Below, piece after piece: positions 42,398 to 52,154 of a stretch of DNA of 64,000 nucleotides. The first letter of the stretch is position 1; every line of letters starts with the position of its first letter. The stretch lies in NCBI GenBank assembly GCA_011390785.1, contig JAABRR010000015.1:51150-115149 (forward strand), read 5' to 3'. The notes below the pieces were generated by a model. The model was given only the letters and a program-made list of their open reading frames with translations, was not told the DNA's origin and did no database searches. This DNA comes from Sphingobacteriia bacterium. Lineage in GTDB: Bacteria > Bacteroidota > Bacteroidia > Bacteroidales > UBA7960. A program made the position numbers and the translations under genes.

Positions 42398-45013
42398 CTA
42401 TTGAATTTTAAATTTATAGCTCAATGATGGCATTATGCTGCTAAGATACTTCTGCGTGGTAATCAAATTTTGATTGTTAACCAGATTTTCCTGAACATTA
42501 TAATTACCCGGGGTTGATTCGGTTTTATTAAAATTGAGAGATATGGGGTTTTGCTTATTATACAAATTGTAAATGCCTAGGTTTAGGCTGTGTTGGTAGC
42601 GATTGGAAGGTTTTCCAAAAAACCATTCAAAGGAAATGTCCATGCGATGGTAATTGGGCAAACGGTCGTTGTTTTTTTTGTCGTAAACCGGAACGGTGCT
42701 GTTGTTAAAGGAATAGAATCCTACCGGGGTGGTTATGGCCGATCCGCTGTGGTATATCCAGTTAGTTGATATGTTGGTTTTGGGCGAAATTCTCCAGGTA
42801 AGGAATAAACTAAACTCATGAGGCCTGTCGTAAAAAGAAGGGTAACTCCTGTTTTCGTTTATTTCGGGAAAACGGTTTGCAACTCCAGACCACGTATAGG
42901 CTATCCAACCTGATAAAATGCCGGTGGTACGTTTAAGCATAAACTCTAACCCATAAGAGTGTGTAGTTCCGAAACGTAATTGGCTTTCTATGAGTGGGTT
43001 GAGCAGGAGTGGTGCATGGTCGGCATATTCAATCTGGTTGGTCATATTTTTTATATATGCATCGCTAACCCATTCTAAACCTGATTGCGGGAAAAAACGT
43101 GTATATCCGGCACTGATCTGCAATGCCTTCTGCGGCTTTATGTTATAGTTGCTGGGCATCCAAATTTCGAAAGAAGAAAACGGACTAATGGTATTGGAAA
43201 TTAGATGCAGATTTTGGTGGTACAAACCCATGCTTAGCCTTAGCGATGAGTTGGTATTGATTCTATACCGGGCACTTAACCGAAAATCCAGGTTCAGGTA
43301 AGAAGCGATGGTTTCTTTGCTGCTATAATCAATTGTATCGGTTACAGCATACGTATTGTCTAACGGGTAAACCCTTGCCGGGCCTTTGTTGATCCAAAGG
43401 GGTGTTCTAAGAGCGGCATTCCAGGCCCATTTTTCTGTTATTCGCTTCTCGCGACTTACATAAAGTGCTGTTTCGCTGGCATCCCCCGCATAAACTCTGG
43501 GTATCAACGGATCTAATTCTTCATTATAATCGGTAAGGTTACCCGGATTAAAGCCATAGGCCATTTGAGAAAACCCCATGCGCCATGTAATATCCGGATC
43601 AGGGTAGTAGGTGAAATCGTATTTTAGGCCAACATTTCTGATGCCTGATTGCCAGGAAGGCCCGCCAATAAGTAATTTGTATTTGTACTCGCTGGCAAAA
43701 AAAGTAAGGTTCGAAAACAATTTGTTGTTGTAAATCCTGTTCCAGCGAAAGGTTGATGTTAAGTTACTCCATCCAATACCCACAATTTGTCCGTTTCCCT
43801 GGGGGGTAGTATAATTGTCAGTCCCGTTAAATGCAGAAAAGTAAACACGATTTTTGTTATTGATCTGCCAGTTTACTTTAAAATTTATATCCCTGATAAA
43901 GAAATCGCTGTTGGGTGAAAACCGATGATAGATCCACTCCAGGTTAGATCTTCTGAAGGATGCAAATATTGAAGCTTTGTTTTTTGCGATGGGGCCTTCA
44001 ACAGAAAAACGATACATTAATGGGTTTAATAGCCCTTCTGCTGAATAGCTTTTTATATTCCCTTCGCGGGTTTGGATATCGATTACACTGGATAACCTGC
44101 CTGCTTTTTCAATGGGCATATCTGCCTTGTAGATATTTATTTCTTTGGCAACTTCCGGAATAATAACTGAGTAGAAACCAAATAAATGGGCGGGATTAAA
44201 AACCGGGGCTTCATCAATAAGAATCAGATTCTGATCTTTGTTTCCGCCGCGGGCAAAGAAGAACGACGAACCATCGCTGTGCGTTTGAAACCCCGGCAGT
44301 GACTGCAGGCTTTTTATCAACCCGATTTCACCCGCAAACTGGGGCATTTGTTCAAATTGACGCGGATTTATGGTAAGTTTCCCTGTTTGACTTTTGTTTA
44401 TATGCTCGGGGTTTTCTGTTACCATAACGATAACTTCTCCAAGGGTTTGGAAGTTGGGTTCGAGTTCGGGATTAATCTGCTGATTGGTGTTAAGTTCCAA
44501 AACCAAACTATCGGTATTGTAGCCTATAAAGGAGAAAGAAAGAGTGTAAGTGTCCTGTGGCAGACTTAAAGAAAAAAATCCGTAAGAATTACTAAAAGCT
44601 CCCTTGTTTAAGTCTTTGATAAGGATAGTTGCTCCCGGAAGTGATTCTCCGGTGGTTTTGTCATAGATTACACCGCTAATGGTATAGTGGGGAGTTTGCG
44701 ACGAAGGGGGGATTTTTTTTATCACAATCTGCTCTCTGACAACGCGGTATTCTATGTTAAATTCATCTGCAAGTCTTTTGAGAACAACATCAATAGTTTG
44801 ATCAACAATATTGATTGTTAATGTTTTGGGTGACGAAATATTTCTGCTGTTGTAAGAAAAGTAGATGCCTGTTTCCCTGGTAATATTTTCCAATATTTCC
44901 TGAATTGTAGCATCCGAAAGTTCTACGCTTAACTTTTTGTCTAACAGGTTGTTTTGAGATTTTCCAACCAGAACCAGGAGAAAGAGAAATAAAAATAGAA
45001 TATTTTTCTGCAT
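42398..45013 (-). CDS. TonB-dependent receptor with N-terminal STN signalling domain and carboxypeptidase-regulatory-like domain
   Basis: STN-like 'LSVELSDATIQEILENITRETGIYFSY...'. 'ISGVIYDKTTGESLPGATILIKD' (CarboxypepD_reg), plug 'LIDEAPVFNPAHLFGF', and a C-terminal barrel ending 'LSYKFKIQ'. Confidence 0.85.
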   Translation of the reverse strand: MQKNILFLFLFLLVLVGKSQNNLLDKKLSVELSDATIQEILENITRETGIYFSYNSRNISSPKTLTINIVDQTIDVVLKRLADEFNIEYRVVREQIVIKKIPPSSQTPHYTISGVIYDKTTGESLPGATILIKDLNKGAFSNSYGFFSLSLPQDTYTLSFSFIGYNTDSLVLELNTNQQINPELEPNFQTLGEVIVMVTENPEHINKSQTGKLTINPRQFEQMPQFAGEIGLIKSLQSLPGFQTHSDGSSFFFARGGNKDQNLILIDEAPVFNPAHLFGFYSVIIPEVAKEINIYKADMPIEKAGRLSSVIDIQTREGNIKSYSAEGLLNPLMYRFSVEGPIAKNKASIFASFRRSNLEWIYHRFSPNSDFFIRDINFKVNWQINNKNRVYFSAFNGTDNYTTPQGNGQIVGIGWSNLTSTFRWNRIYNNKLFSNLTFFASEYKYKLLIGGPSWQSGIRNVGLKYDFTYYPDPDITWRMGFSQMAYGFNPGNLTDYNEELDPLIPRVYAGDASETALYVSREKRITEKWAWNAALRTPLWINKGPARVYPLDNTYAVTDTIDYSSKETIASYLNLDFRLSARYRINTNSSLRLSMGLYHQNLHLISNTISPFSSFEIWMPSNYNIKPQKALQISAGYTRFFPQSGLEWVSDAYIKNMTNQIEYADHAPLLLNPLIESQLRFGTTHSYGLEFMLKRTTGILSGWIAYTWSGVANRFPEINENRSYPSFYDRPHEFSLFLTWRISPKTNISTNWIYHSGSAITTPVGFYSFNNSTVPVYDKKNNDRLPNYHRMDISFEWFFGKPSNRYQHSLNLGIYNLYNKQNPISLNFNKTESTPGNYNVQENLVNNQNLITTQKYLSSIMPSLSYKFKIQ

Positions 45014-45041
45014 AGATATCAGATGTGGTAAAACTTACAAC

Positions 45042-46055
45042 CTATTGACAGCCGTCTCCTGCAACTGTTATTATTTCACCGGAACGTATATATCGCAAAT
45101 TAAATGTTTCTTTTATGATGGTCAACACGTCTTCGGCAGATCTTTGGTCGAAGGTGGCTGTAAGCAGGCAATGGGCCAATTCCGGGTTTTGGAGTTGAAA
45201 CGATACATTATAAGTATTACCCACTGTTTTGAATACTACATCCAACGGAGTTTGGTTAAATACAAGCTTTTGCGTTTTCCATGAAATAATATTGGGATCA
45301 CTATTACTGACCCCTGAAAGTGTGTTTTGAGATTTGTTGTAAATGGCTTTTCCCCCGGCAGAAAGGAGCACAGTCTGTCCGCTGGTAGTTGTTACGTCAA
45401 CACTACCGGAAATTACCGAAACTTCTGCTGTATCTTCATTTTTTAACGCCCTTATGTTAAACGAAGTACCCAAAACGGTAACCTTAAATTCTTCTGTTTC
45501 AACAATAAATGGTTTTTCAGGATTTTTGGCAACATCAAAAAAAGCTTCCCCTTCAAGTAATACGCGCCGCTCATCTTTTTTAAACCGGGCAGGGTAAGAA
45601 ATTTGAGAACTGGTATTTACATGTACCACCGATCCATCTTTTAATTCCACCTGAACAGGATTATTTTCAGCGGTTATCTGCTGGGTGTGGGTGCTTTGCA
45701 AGAAATATAAAGACCATGCCCCTATAGCAAGCAGAATTATTCCGGCAGCAATTCTTAGCATTAGTGCTGGCCATTGGATTATTTTAGGCTCTTTTTTCGA
45801 ATTTTTTGGATTGATTCCAGCCTGAATTTTCTGCCAGGCCATTTCATTGTTTTCAAAAGATTTACCGGCGGTTCCCAGTAGCATCCAACTTTGCTTAATT
45901 TCGTGAAAGAGCTGGCGCTTTTGGGCGTCTTCCTTTACCCAATCTTCGAGCAATTGTATTTCATCAGGAGAAATTTCTCCTGTAAGGTACTTAGCTGCGA
46001 GGGCTTCAAAGTCGATATGTTGATGCTTTTCAGTCATATTCTTTTGATTATACAC
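45042..46055 (-). CDS. FecR family anti-sigma factor / transmembrane sensor
   Basis: 'YLTGEISPDEIQLLEDWV', a single TM segment 'LMLRIAAGIILLAIGAWSLYF', 'GEAFFDVAKNPEKPFIV' and 'VTVLGTSFNI'. Confidence 0.85.
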   Translation of the reverse strand: MYNQKNMTEKHQHIDFEALAAKYLTGEISPDEIQLLEDWVKEDAQKRQLFHEIKQSWMLLGTAGKSFENNEMAWQKIQAGINPKNSKKEPKIIQWPALMLRIAAGIILLAIGAWSLYFLQSTHTQQITAENNPVQVELKDGSVVHVNTSSQISYPARFKKDERRVLLEGEAFFDVAKNPEKPFIVETEEFKVTVLGTSFNIRALKNEDTAEVSVISGSVDVTTTSGQTVLLSAGGKAIYNKSQNTLSGVSNSDPNIISWKTQKLVFNQTPLDVVFKTVGNTYNVSFQLQNPELAHCLLTATFDQRSAEDVLTIIKETFNLRYIRSGEIITVAGDGCQ

Positions 46056-46126
46056 CTGATTTGGTATTTACCCTTACTCCGGTTTTATTTTTTTTATGTT
46101 TTATCACTTGTTTTACTTATGTTATT

Positions 46127-46684
46127 TTATTGAATGCCTGATACATACCAAATAATAAAAAGTAACCACAGATGTTTAAGTTCAACCCTTAATATTTTCA
46201 GGGCTTTCGACATTTGTGCTTCTACAGTTTTTACTGAAATGTCCAGTTTTTCGGCTGTTCTTTTATAAGATAATTCTTCAAACCGGCATAATTCAAAAAC
46301 TTCCCGGCACTTTTCGGGTAGCTTATCCAATGCCTCAGCAATTTGTTTTTCTAAGTCGGATTCTGAAATTTTGTCGTTATCATAAACAGGAATTTCCATT
46401 TCCGCTTCTACATCAAGATAGTAGCTCCGGAATTTTTTTGTATCGCGAATATGATTCAGACATCTGTTTTTTACAGAAGTGAAAAGGTAGCTTTTTATCG
46501 ATTTTTCCTGTTCTATGTTTTGGCGATGATCCCATATGTTGATAAACACCTGTTGTACAATTTCTTCTGCTGCACTATAATCATTTACATATCCGGCAGC
46601 AAAACGGCACAATGATGCATAATGCGTGTCGAAAAGAACGCGGAATGCTTTTTCAGTAGATACATCATTATTTTGCATTGCCAT
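46127..46684 (-). CDS. ECF-type RNA polymerase sigma-70 factor (Bacteroides expansion family)
   Basis: 'FRVLFDTHYASLCRFAAGYV', 'AEEIVQQVFINIWD' (region 2), and 'LPEKCREVFELCRFEELSYKRTAEKLDISVKTVEAQMSKAL' (region 4). The ORF is open to 46702. Confidence 0.85.
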   Translation of the reverse strand: MAMQNNDVSTEKAFRVLFDTHYASLCRFAAGYVNDYSAAEEIVQQVFINIWDHRQNIEQEKSIKSYLFTSVKNRCLNHIRDTKKFRSYYLDVEAEMEIPVYDNDKISESDLEKQIAEALDKLPEKCREVFELCRFEELSYKRTAEKLDISVKTVEAQMSKALKILRVELKHLWLLFIIWYVSGIQ

Positions 46685-46871
46685 TGCATCCAATTTCATC
46701 AACTGACATACCCAGCTTATTAATGCTTAGGTTAAACCGGGGCATTACCAGAAAAATAAATGTAAGTTTGTCGTAAAAAACTTTTTTGGGCTCTTCCCCG
46801 AAAAACCACTTAAACCCATAGTTGGAAAAAGTATTGATGTATTTTTCGCGAAAGTCATTCATGAGGTTCAT
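46668..46871 (-). pseudogene. remnant of an Rpn / PD-(D/E)XK recombination-promoting nuclease (putative transposase) gene with a large internal deletion
   Basis: 'REKYINTFSNYGFKWFFGEEPKK' matches the conserved N-terminus (YINPFTDFGFKKLFGEE) of the Bacteroidota Rpn family. 'KLTFIFLVMPRFN' matches the C-terminal 'FIYLE(M/L)PKFNK' block. Only 67 codons remain, and they run into the sigma-factor gene. Confidence 0.5.
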
Positions 46872-47222
46872 ATTTGTGACAAAGATAAGGAATATATTAT
46901 TTTACTTTACTGCATGTTGATGTTGGGTTTGCTGGGAAGGAATGGGTTGAATATGAAAACATCCATAAAATATAATCGTAACACCTATGTGAATGTTAAA
47001 AAATGTTGGTAAATTTTAGTTAAAATGTTAAGATTATGAAAAAATTAACTAATTTTGTTTATTAATGATTTTACTTTTCACACCGATTGACCTAAAGCGG
47101 ACATAAATACACAGGCAATGACAAAAACTATATGCAGTAAGTAAATTACTATTGTTGACTATACCATCAATTATTTGTGATGGAGGCATCTTATTGAAAA
47201 GAAAATATTAAAACTTAAGGAG

Positions 47223-47555
47223 ATGAAGAATTTGATGCGAAGTGCAGGTTTTATTTTATTCGGCATATTTTTATTGGTAGGTTGTGGTAGCAACCAGATG
47301 GAAAAGGATGCTGAGAAGCTTGCTGAAGTAGCCTGCGAATTAAGAATTATGGCTATGAATCTTGATGAAGGAGATATTCACGGACTTACTGAGTTTACTC
47401 AGAAAATGGCCATGTTTGCTGAGATGTCTAAGGAAATGGAAGCCAGGCATAATTTGAGTGAAAATGATCCTGAGTTTGAGAAACTCATTAGAGAAGCACT
47501 AAAGCATACTGAATGCGGCGAAGTGGAGCTTGAAGATCTCTTCGATTTCTTTTGA
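47223..47555 (+). CDS. small hypothetical lipoprotein
   Basis: Lipobox 'LLVGCGS' and an acidic helical body. Confidence 0.5.
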   Translation: MKNLMRSAGFILFGIFLLVGCGSNQMEKDAEKLAEVACELRIMAMNLDEGDIHGLTEFTQKMAMFAEMSKEMEARHNLSENDPEFEKLIREALKHTECGEVELEDLFDFF

Positions 47556-47589
47556 TCATTAAGCCTTATATAGATGCTTGCATTCAAAT

Positions 47590-47625
47590 AAAAAAGAGCA
47601 CTCGTAACTGAGCGCTCTTTTTTTT
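47590..47625. terminator. bidirectional rho-independent terminator
   Basis: A-run, the stem 'agagcactc'/'gagcgctct' (8 of 9 bp), then a T8 run. It lies between convergent genes. Confidence 0.65.
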
Positions 47626-47647
47626 GATATAGTTACTTCAGCTAATA

Positions 47648-50413
47648 TTACGCTGTGGTAAAGGTAGCCTGAGCACCTTTTGCAGCTTGTTTTTCACGGG
47701 CAACAGCTTGTGCAGCAGCAAGGCGTGCAATCGGAACACGGAAAGGTGAGCAACTTACATAGTCCATGCCTACCGTGTGACAGAATTCAACTGAGCTGGG
47801 TTCTCCACCATGCTCGCCACAAATACCGATTTTCAGTTTCGGACGGGTAGATCGGCCTCTTTCGATGCCTAATTTAACTAATTGGCCAACACCTTCCTGA
47901 TCAAGCACCTGAAATGGGTCGTGCTTCAAAAGTCCTTTTTCGAGATAAATGGGCAAGAAAGAACCAATATCGTCACGTGAATATCCAAAGGTCATTTGGG
48001 TAAGGTCATTGGTACCAAAAGAGAAGAATTCAGCACTTTCAGCAATTTTATCGGCTACCAGGGTAGCTCTTGGAATTTCAATCATTGTGCCTACCAGGTG
48101 ATCAATGGTGTCGCCAAACTCCTCGAACACTTTAGCAATGGTATCACGAACAATCGTTTCCTGCATTTTCATTTCAGCATAAGTTCCTGTAAGAGGAATC
48201 ATGATTTCAGGAATGGCTTTGATACCCTTTTTCTTCAGGTTCAAAGCAGCTTCAATAATAGCACGAGCCTGCATTTCAGTTACTTCAGGGTAGGTATTTC
48301 CCAAACGGCAACCACGGTGTCCCAACATGGGGTTTACTTCGTGTAATGCGTCAACTTTGGCTTTTACATCGGCGGCAGAGATTCCCATTTCTTTTGCCAT
48401 TTCAGCCTGATTTTCGGGCTCATGGGGCAGGAATTCGTGCAAAGGTGGGTCGAGCAAACGAACTGTAACAGGCAGATCGTGCATAGCTTCGAAGATACCT
48501 TCAAAGTCTTCGCGTTGAATAGGCAAAAGTTTTTCCAATGCTTTGCGACGACCAGTTTCATCATTGGCGAGAATCATTTCGCGCATGGCTTTGATACGTG
48601 CACCTTCAAAGAACATGTGCTCTGTGCGGCAAAGGCCGATACCTTTTGCACCAAATTCACGGGCTACCCTTGAATCTTTGGGAGTATCTGCATTGGTTCG
48701 AACACTCATGCGGGTATGTTTTTCGGCTAATTCCATCAAGGATGCAAAGTCACCACTCACTTCAGGATCAACAGTAACAATTTTATCAGCATAAACAACA
48801 CCTGTAGTGCCATTAAGAGAGATAAAATCACCTTCTTTAAATACTTTGCCGTCAATGGTCATTGTGCGGTCTTTATAGCTAACCTTGATAGCACCTGCAC
48901 CAGAAATACAGCATTTGCCCATACCACGGGCCACAACAGCAGCATGCGATGTCATACCACCACGGGCAGTAAGAATACCTTCGGCAGCATCCATACCGCT
49001 AAGGTCTTCAGGAGAAGTTTCTACGCGCACCAGTACAACTTTTTTTCCTTGTGCAGCCCATTCAGCAGCTTCATCAGCAAAAAATACGATCTGACCGGTA
49101 GCAGCGCCTGGAGATGCAGGAAGTCCTTTGGCAATTTTTTTCGCTTTGGCTTCTTCTTCAGCATCAAAAACAGGGTGGAGAAGTTCATCCAGTTTGGGAG
49201 CTTCTACCCTGATCAAAGCTTCTTCTTCGGTAAGCATTCCTTCACGGAGCATATCCATGGCAATTTTCACCATAGCAGCACCGGTACGCTTACCAGAGCG
49301 GGTTTGAAGCATCCAGAAACGACCTTCCTGAATAGTAAACTCGATATCCTGCATATCGCGGTAATGGTTTTCGAGTTTTTTCTGGTTGTCATGAAGTTCT
49401 TTGTATAATTCGGGAAATAATTCTTCCAATGAAGGATAATTATTTTTACGCTCTTCTTCGCTGATACCCTGTAATTTAGCCCAACGCAATGAACCTTCTT
49501 TGGTAATCTGGCGTGGTGTACGAATACCGGCAACTACGTCTTCACCCTGTGCATTAACAAGGTATTCACCATTGAAAAGATTTTCGCCTGTGGCAGCATC
49601 GCGGCTAAAGGCAACACCTGTGGCAGATGTTTCACCCATGTTACCATATACCATGGCCTGCACGTTTACAGCAGTACCCCATTCGGCGGGTATATTATGC
49701 ATTTTCCGGTAGTAGGTAGCACGAGGGTTGTTCCATGATTCAAATACAGCTAATACTGATCCCCAGAGTTGCTCCCATGGATCTTCAGGGAAATCTTGTC
49801 CGGTTTGTTCTTTAACGGCCTTCTTAAAGCGAACCACCAGTTCTTTCAAATCATCGGTAGAAAGATCCTGATCTGTAACAGCACCTTTTTCTTCTTTAAG
49901 GTGTTCCATGATTTCATCAAATGGATCTTCGTCATCCTTACTCTCGGGTTTCATTCCCATTACAACATCACCGTACATTTGAACAAAGCGACGGTAAGAG
50001 TCCCATACAAAGCGTTCATTGCCAGATTTTTTGATGAGCCCTTCGAGGGTTTCAACATTTAAACCCAGGTTAAGCACTGTATCCATCATACCGGGCATTG
50101 AAGCACGGGCTCCTGAACGAACAGAAAGCAACAGGGGGTTTTCCTTGTCACCGAAGCCGGCATTCATCTCTTTTTCAACCTTTGCAATATTTTCGGTTAC
50201 CTCAGCTTTTATCGCTTCAATTGTTCCCTCTCGTCCAACTTCATTGTAAAGTGTACATACTTCGGTAGTAATAGTTATGCCCGGAGGAACCGGTACACCA
50301 ATATTTACCATTTCTGCAAGGTTAGCACCTTTTCCACCCAGCAGGTTGCGCATGGTGGTGTCTCCGTCGGCTTTTTTGCCTCCAAAAAAATAAACCTTCT
50401 TGTTTTTTTCCAT
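47648..50413 (-). CDS. ppdK: pyruvate, phosphate dikinase
   Basis: 'GGKGANLAEM', phospho-His loop 'GGMTSHAAVVARGMG', and 'GLCRTEHMF'. The C-terminal 'GICGEHGGEPSSV...YVSCSPFRVP' is also typical. The likely start is 'MEKNKKVYFF'. The ORF is open to 50437. Confidence 0.95.
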   Translation of the reverse strand: MEKNKKVYFFGGKKADGDTTMRNLLGGKGANLAEMVNIGVPVPPGITITTEVCTLYNEVGREGTIEAIKAEVTENIAKVEKEMNAGFGDKENPLLLSVRSGARASMPGMMDTVLNLGLNVETLEGLIKKSGNERFVWDSYRRFVQMYGDVVMGMKPESKDDEDPFDEIMEHLKEEKGAVTDQDLSTDDLKELVVRFKKAVKEQTGQDFPEDPWEQLWGSVLAVFESWNNPRATYYRKMHNIPAEWGTAVNVQAMVYGNMGETSATGVAFSRDAATGENLFNGEYLVNAQGEDVVAGIRTPRQITKEGSLRWAKLQGISEEERKNNYPSLEELFPELYKELHDNQKKLENHYRDMQDIEFTIQEGRFWMLQTRSGKRTGAAMVKIAMDMLREGMLTEEEALIRVEAPKLDELLHPVFDAEEEAKAKKIAKGLPASPGAATGQIVFFADEAAEWAAQGKKVVLVRVETSPEDLSGMDAAEGILTARGGMTSHAAVVARGMGKCCISGAGAIKVSYKDRTMTIDGKVFKEGDFISLNGTTGVVYADKIVTVDPEVSGDFASLMELAEKHTRMSVRTNADTPKDSRVAREFGAKGIGLCRTEHMFFEGARIKAMREMILANDETGRRKALEKLLPIQREDFEGIFEAMHDLPVTVRLLDPPLHEFLPHEPENQAEMAKEMGISAADVKAKVDALHEVNPMLGHRGCRLGNTYPEVTEMQARAIIEAALNLKKKGIKAIPEIMIPLTGTYAEMKMQETIVRDTIAKVFEEFGDTIDHLVGTMIEIPRATLVADKIAESAEFFSFGTNDLTQMTFGYSRDDIGSFLPIYLEKGLLKHDPFQVLDQEGVGQLVKLGIERGRSTRPKLKIGICGEHGGEPSSVEFCHTVGMDYVSCSPFRVPIARLAAAQAVAREKQAAKGAQATFTTA

Positions 50414-50724
50414 TGTTAATCTAATTTGGTCCGTCAATAATAAATTAATAGTTTAAAAAATCTAATTCTATGATCTTTTTTCTTAAAAATATAATATCTA
50501 TATGTAATAAAAAGTATTGTAATTATTTGAAATTCAAATTATTATGCATATTTTTCATGAAAAAGAAGTACAAATTTACGCTTTTTTCAGCTCTTAATAA
50601 AGGGAAGATTTTAAATTTTGGCTTTTTTGATTTAAATTGTGATGAGGTATTCTGCATGGAAAGCAAATCAACATAAACTTTCAATTTTAATTGATTAGGT
50701 AAAGTCTTTTCCTAAAATTCGATG

Positions 50725-50732
50725 TACTTTTG
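50725..50732 (+). promoter_or_regulatory. candidate -7 box (TACTTTTG) for hisS
   Basis: TAnnTTTG match 31 nt upstream of ATG 50763. It favours that start over the TTG at 50745. Confidence 0.3.
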
Positions 50733-50762
50733 TGACTTCAAAAATTGAAATTTCATATTTTT

Positions 50763-52142
50763 ATGTCGAAACAAAAACCTTCTATCCCCAAAGGAACAAG
50801 GGATTTTCAGCCTGAAGAAATAGCCCGCAGAAATTATATTTTTAACAGTATACAAGGAGTATTTGAACTATACGGTTTTAAGCCTATTGAAACACCTGCC
50901 ATGGAAAATCTTTCTACCCTGATGGGAAAGTATGGCGAGGAAGGTGACCGGTTGATTTTCAAAATTCTTAATTCGGGAGATTATTTATCTAAAGCTGATG
51001 ATAATCTTTTAGGGGAAAAGGATTCTTTGAGAGTAAGCAATCAAATATCAGAGAAAGCATTACGCTACGACTTAACCGTACCTTTTGCCCGTTATGTTGT
51101 TCAGCATCAGAATGAAATTACTTTTCCGTTTAAACGATTCCAGATTCAACCCGTTTGGCGTGCCGACCGGCCACAAAAGGGCAGGTATCGTGAGTTTTTT
51201 CAGTGTGATGCTGATGTGATTGGAAGTGATGCCTTATTCAATGAAGTTGAATTATTACAAATAATCGACACTGTTTTTACTCACCTTGGTTTAAGTATCA
51301 CCATTAAAATCAATAACCGTAAAATTTTGGCTGGAGTAGCAGATTATATTGGCTTTCCTGATAAGATCATTGATATCACCACGGCAATTGACAAGCTGGA
51401 TAAGATAGGATTAGAAAAGGTTAATGAAGAGCTGATGGAAAGAGGACTGAATATAAACGCCATTAGCGCTCTGCAACCTGTTTTGCAATTGAAAGGTAAC
51501 CACCAGGAAAAGATAATGCAACTGAAGGCGGTTTTAAATACATCGGAGTTGGGGAAAAAGGGCATTGCCGAAATAGAAGAGATTTTCAGCATTCTGGATA
51601 TTAACCCGTTGAAATCCAATGTTGAACTGGATCTCACTCTTGCTCGCGGCTTAAATTATTACACGGGTGCCATTATAGAAGTTAAAGCAAACGATGCAAA
51701 AATGGGAAGCATATGTGGGGGTGGGCGATATGATGATCTTACGGGTATTTTTGGGCTGCCTGGACTGTCAGGGGTTGGAATTTCCTTTGGAGCTGACCGT
51801 ATTTATGATGTGATGCTGGAACTGAATTTATTTCCCCGAAATATTCTTACCTTCAGCGAGGTATTGCTTGTAACTTTTGGAAATGAAGAGCATAAGTACG
51901 CACAAAAAGTTTTATCGGAATTTAGAGCAAACGGTATTAAATCAGAATTATATCCGGATTTAGCCAAAATGAAAAAGCAAATTCAGTATGCTGATAAAAA
52001 TAAAATTCCTTTTGTTTTGATTATAGGTACTGATGAAATTGCCTCTGGTAAATTGGCTTTGAAAAATATGAAAACCGGAGAGCAAAATTTAATGTCTGCT
52101 GATGAAATAATTGAGTATTTAAAGCAATACAAAAAACAGTAA
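50763..52142 (+). CDS. hisS: histidine--tRNA ligase
   Basis: '[11 protein letters not shown]', '[11 protein letters not shown]', '[14 protein letters not shown]' and 'GGGRYDDL'. Confidence 0.93.
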   Translation: MSKQKPSIPKGTRDFQPEEIARRNYIFNSIQGVFELYGFKPIETPAMENLSTLMGKYGEEGDRLIFKILNSGDYLSKADDNLLGEKDSLRVSNQISEKALRYDLTVPFARYVVQHQNEITFPFKRFQIQPVWRADRPQKGRYREFFQCDADVIGSDALFNEVELLQIIDTVFTHLGLSITIKINNRKILAGVADYIGFPDKIIDITTAIDKLDKIGLEKVNEELMERGLNINAISALQPVLQLKGNHQEKIMQLKAVLNTSELGKKGIAEIEEIFSILDINPLKSNVELDLTLARGLNYYTGAIIEVKANDAKMGSICGGGRYDDLTGIFGLPGLSGVGISFGADRIYDVMLELNLFPRNILTFSEVLLVTFGNEEHKYAQKVLSEFRANGIKSELYPDLAKMKKQIQYADKNKIPFVLIIGTDEIASGKLALKNMKTGEQNLMSADEIIEYLKQYKKQ

Positions 52143-52154
52143 TTTGCTCTACGC

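Noticed and set aside
47996-50249. A series of plus-strand ORFs of 69-154 aa (for example 48944-49408) overlapping ppdK.
   Set aside because: They are antisense shadows of a highly conserved 920-aa gene. None has a plausible start context or a recognisable motif.
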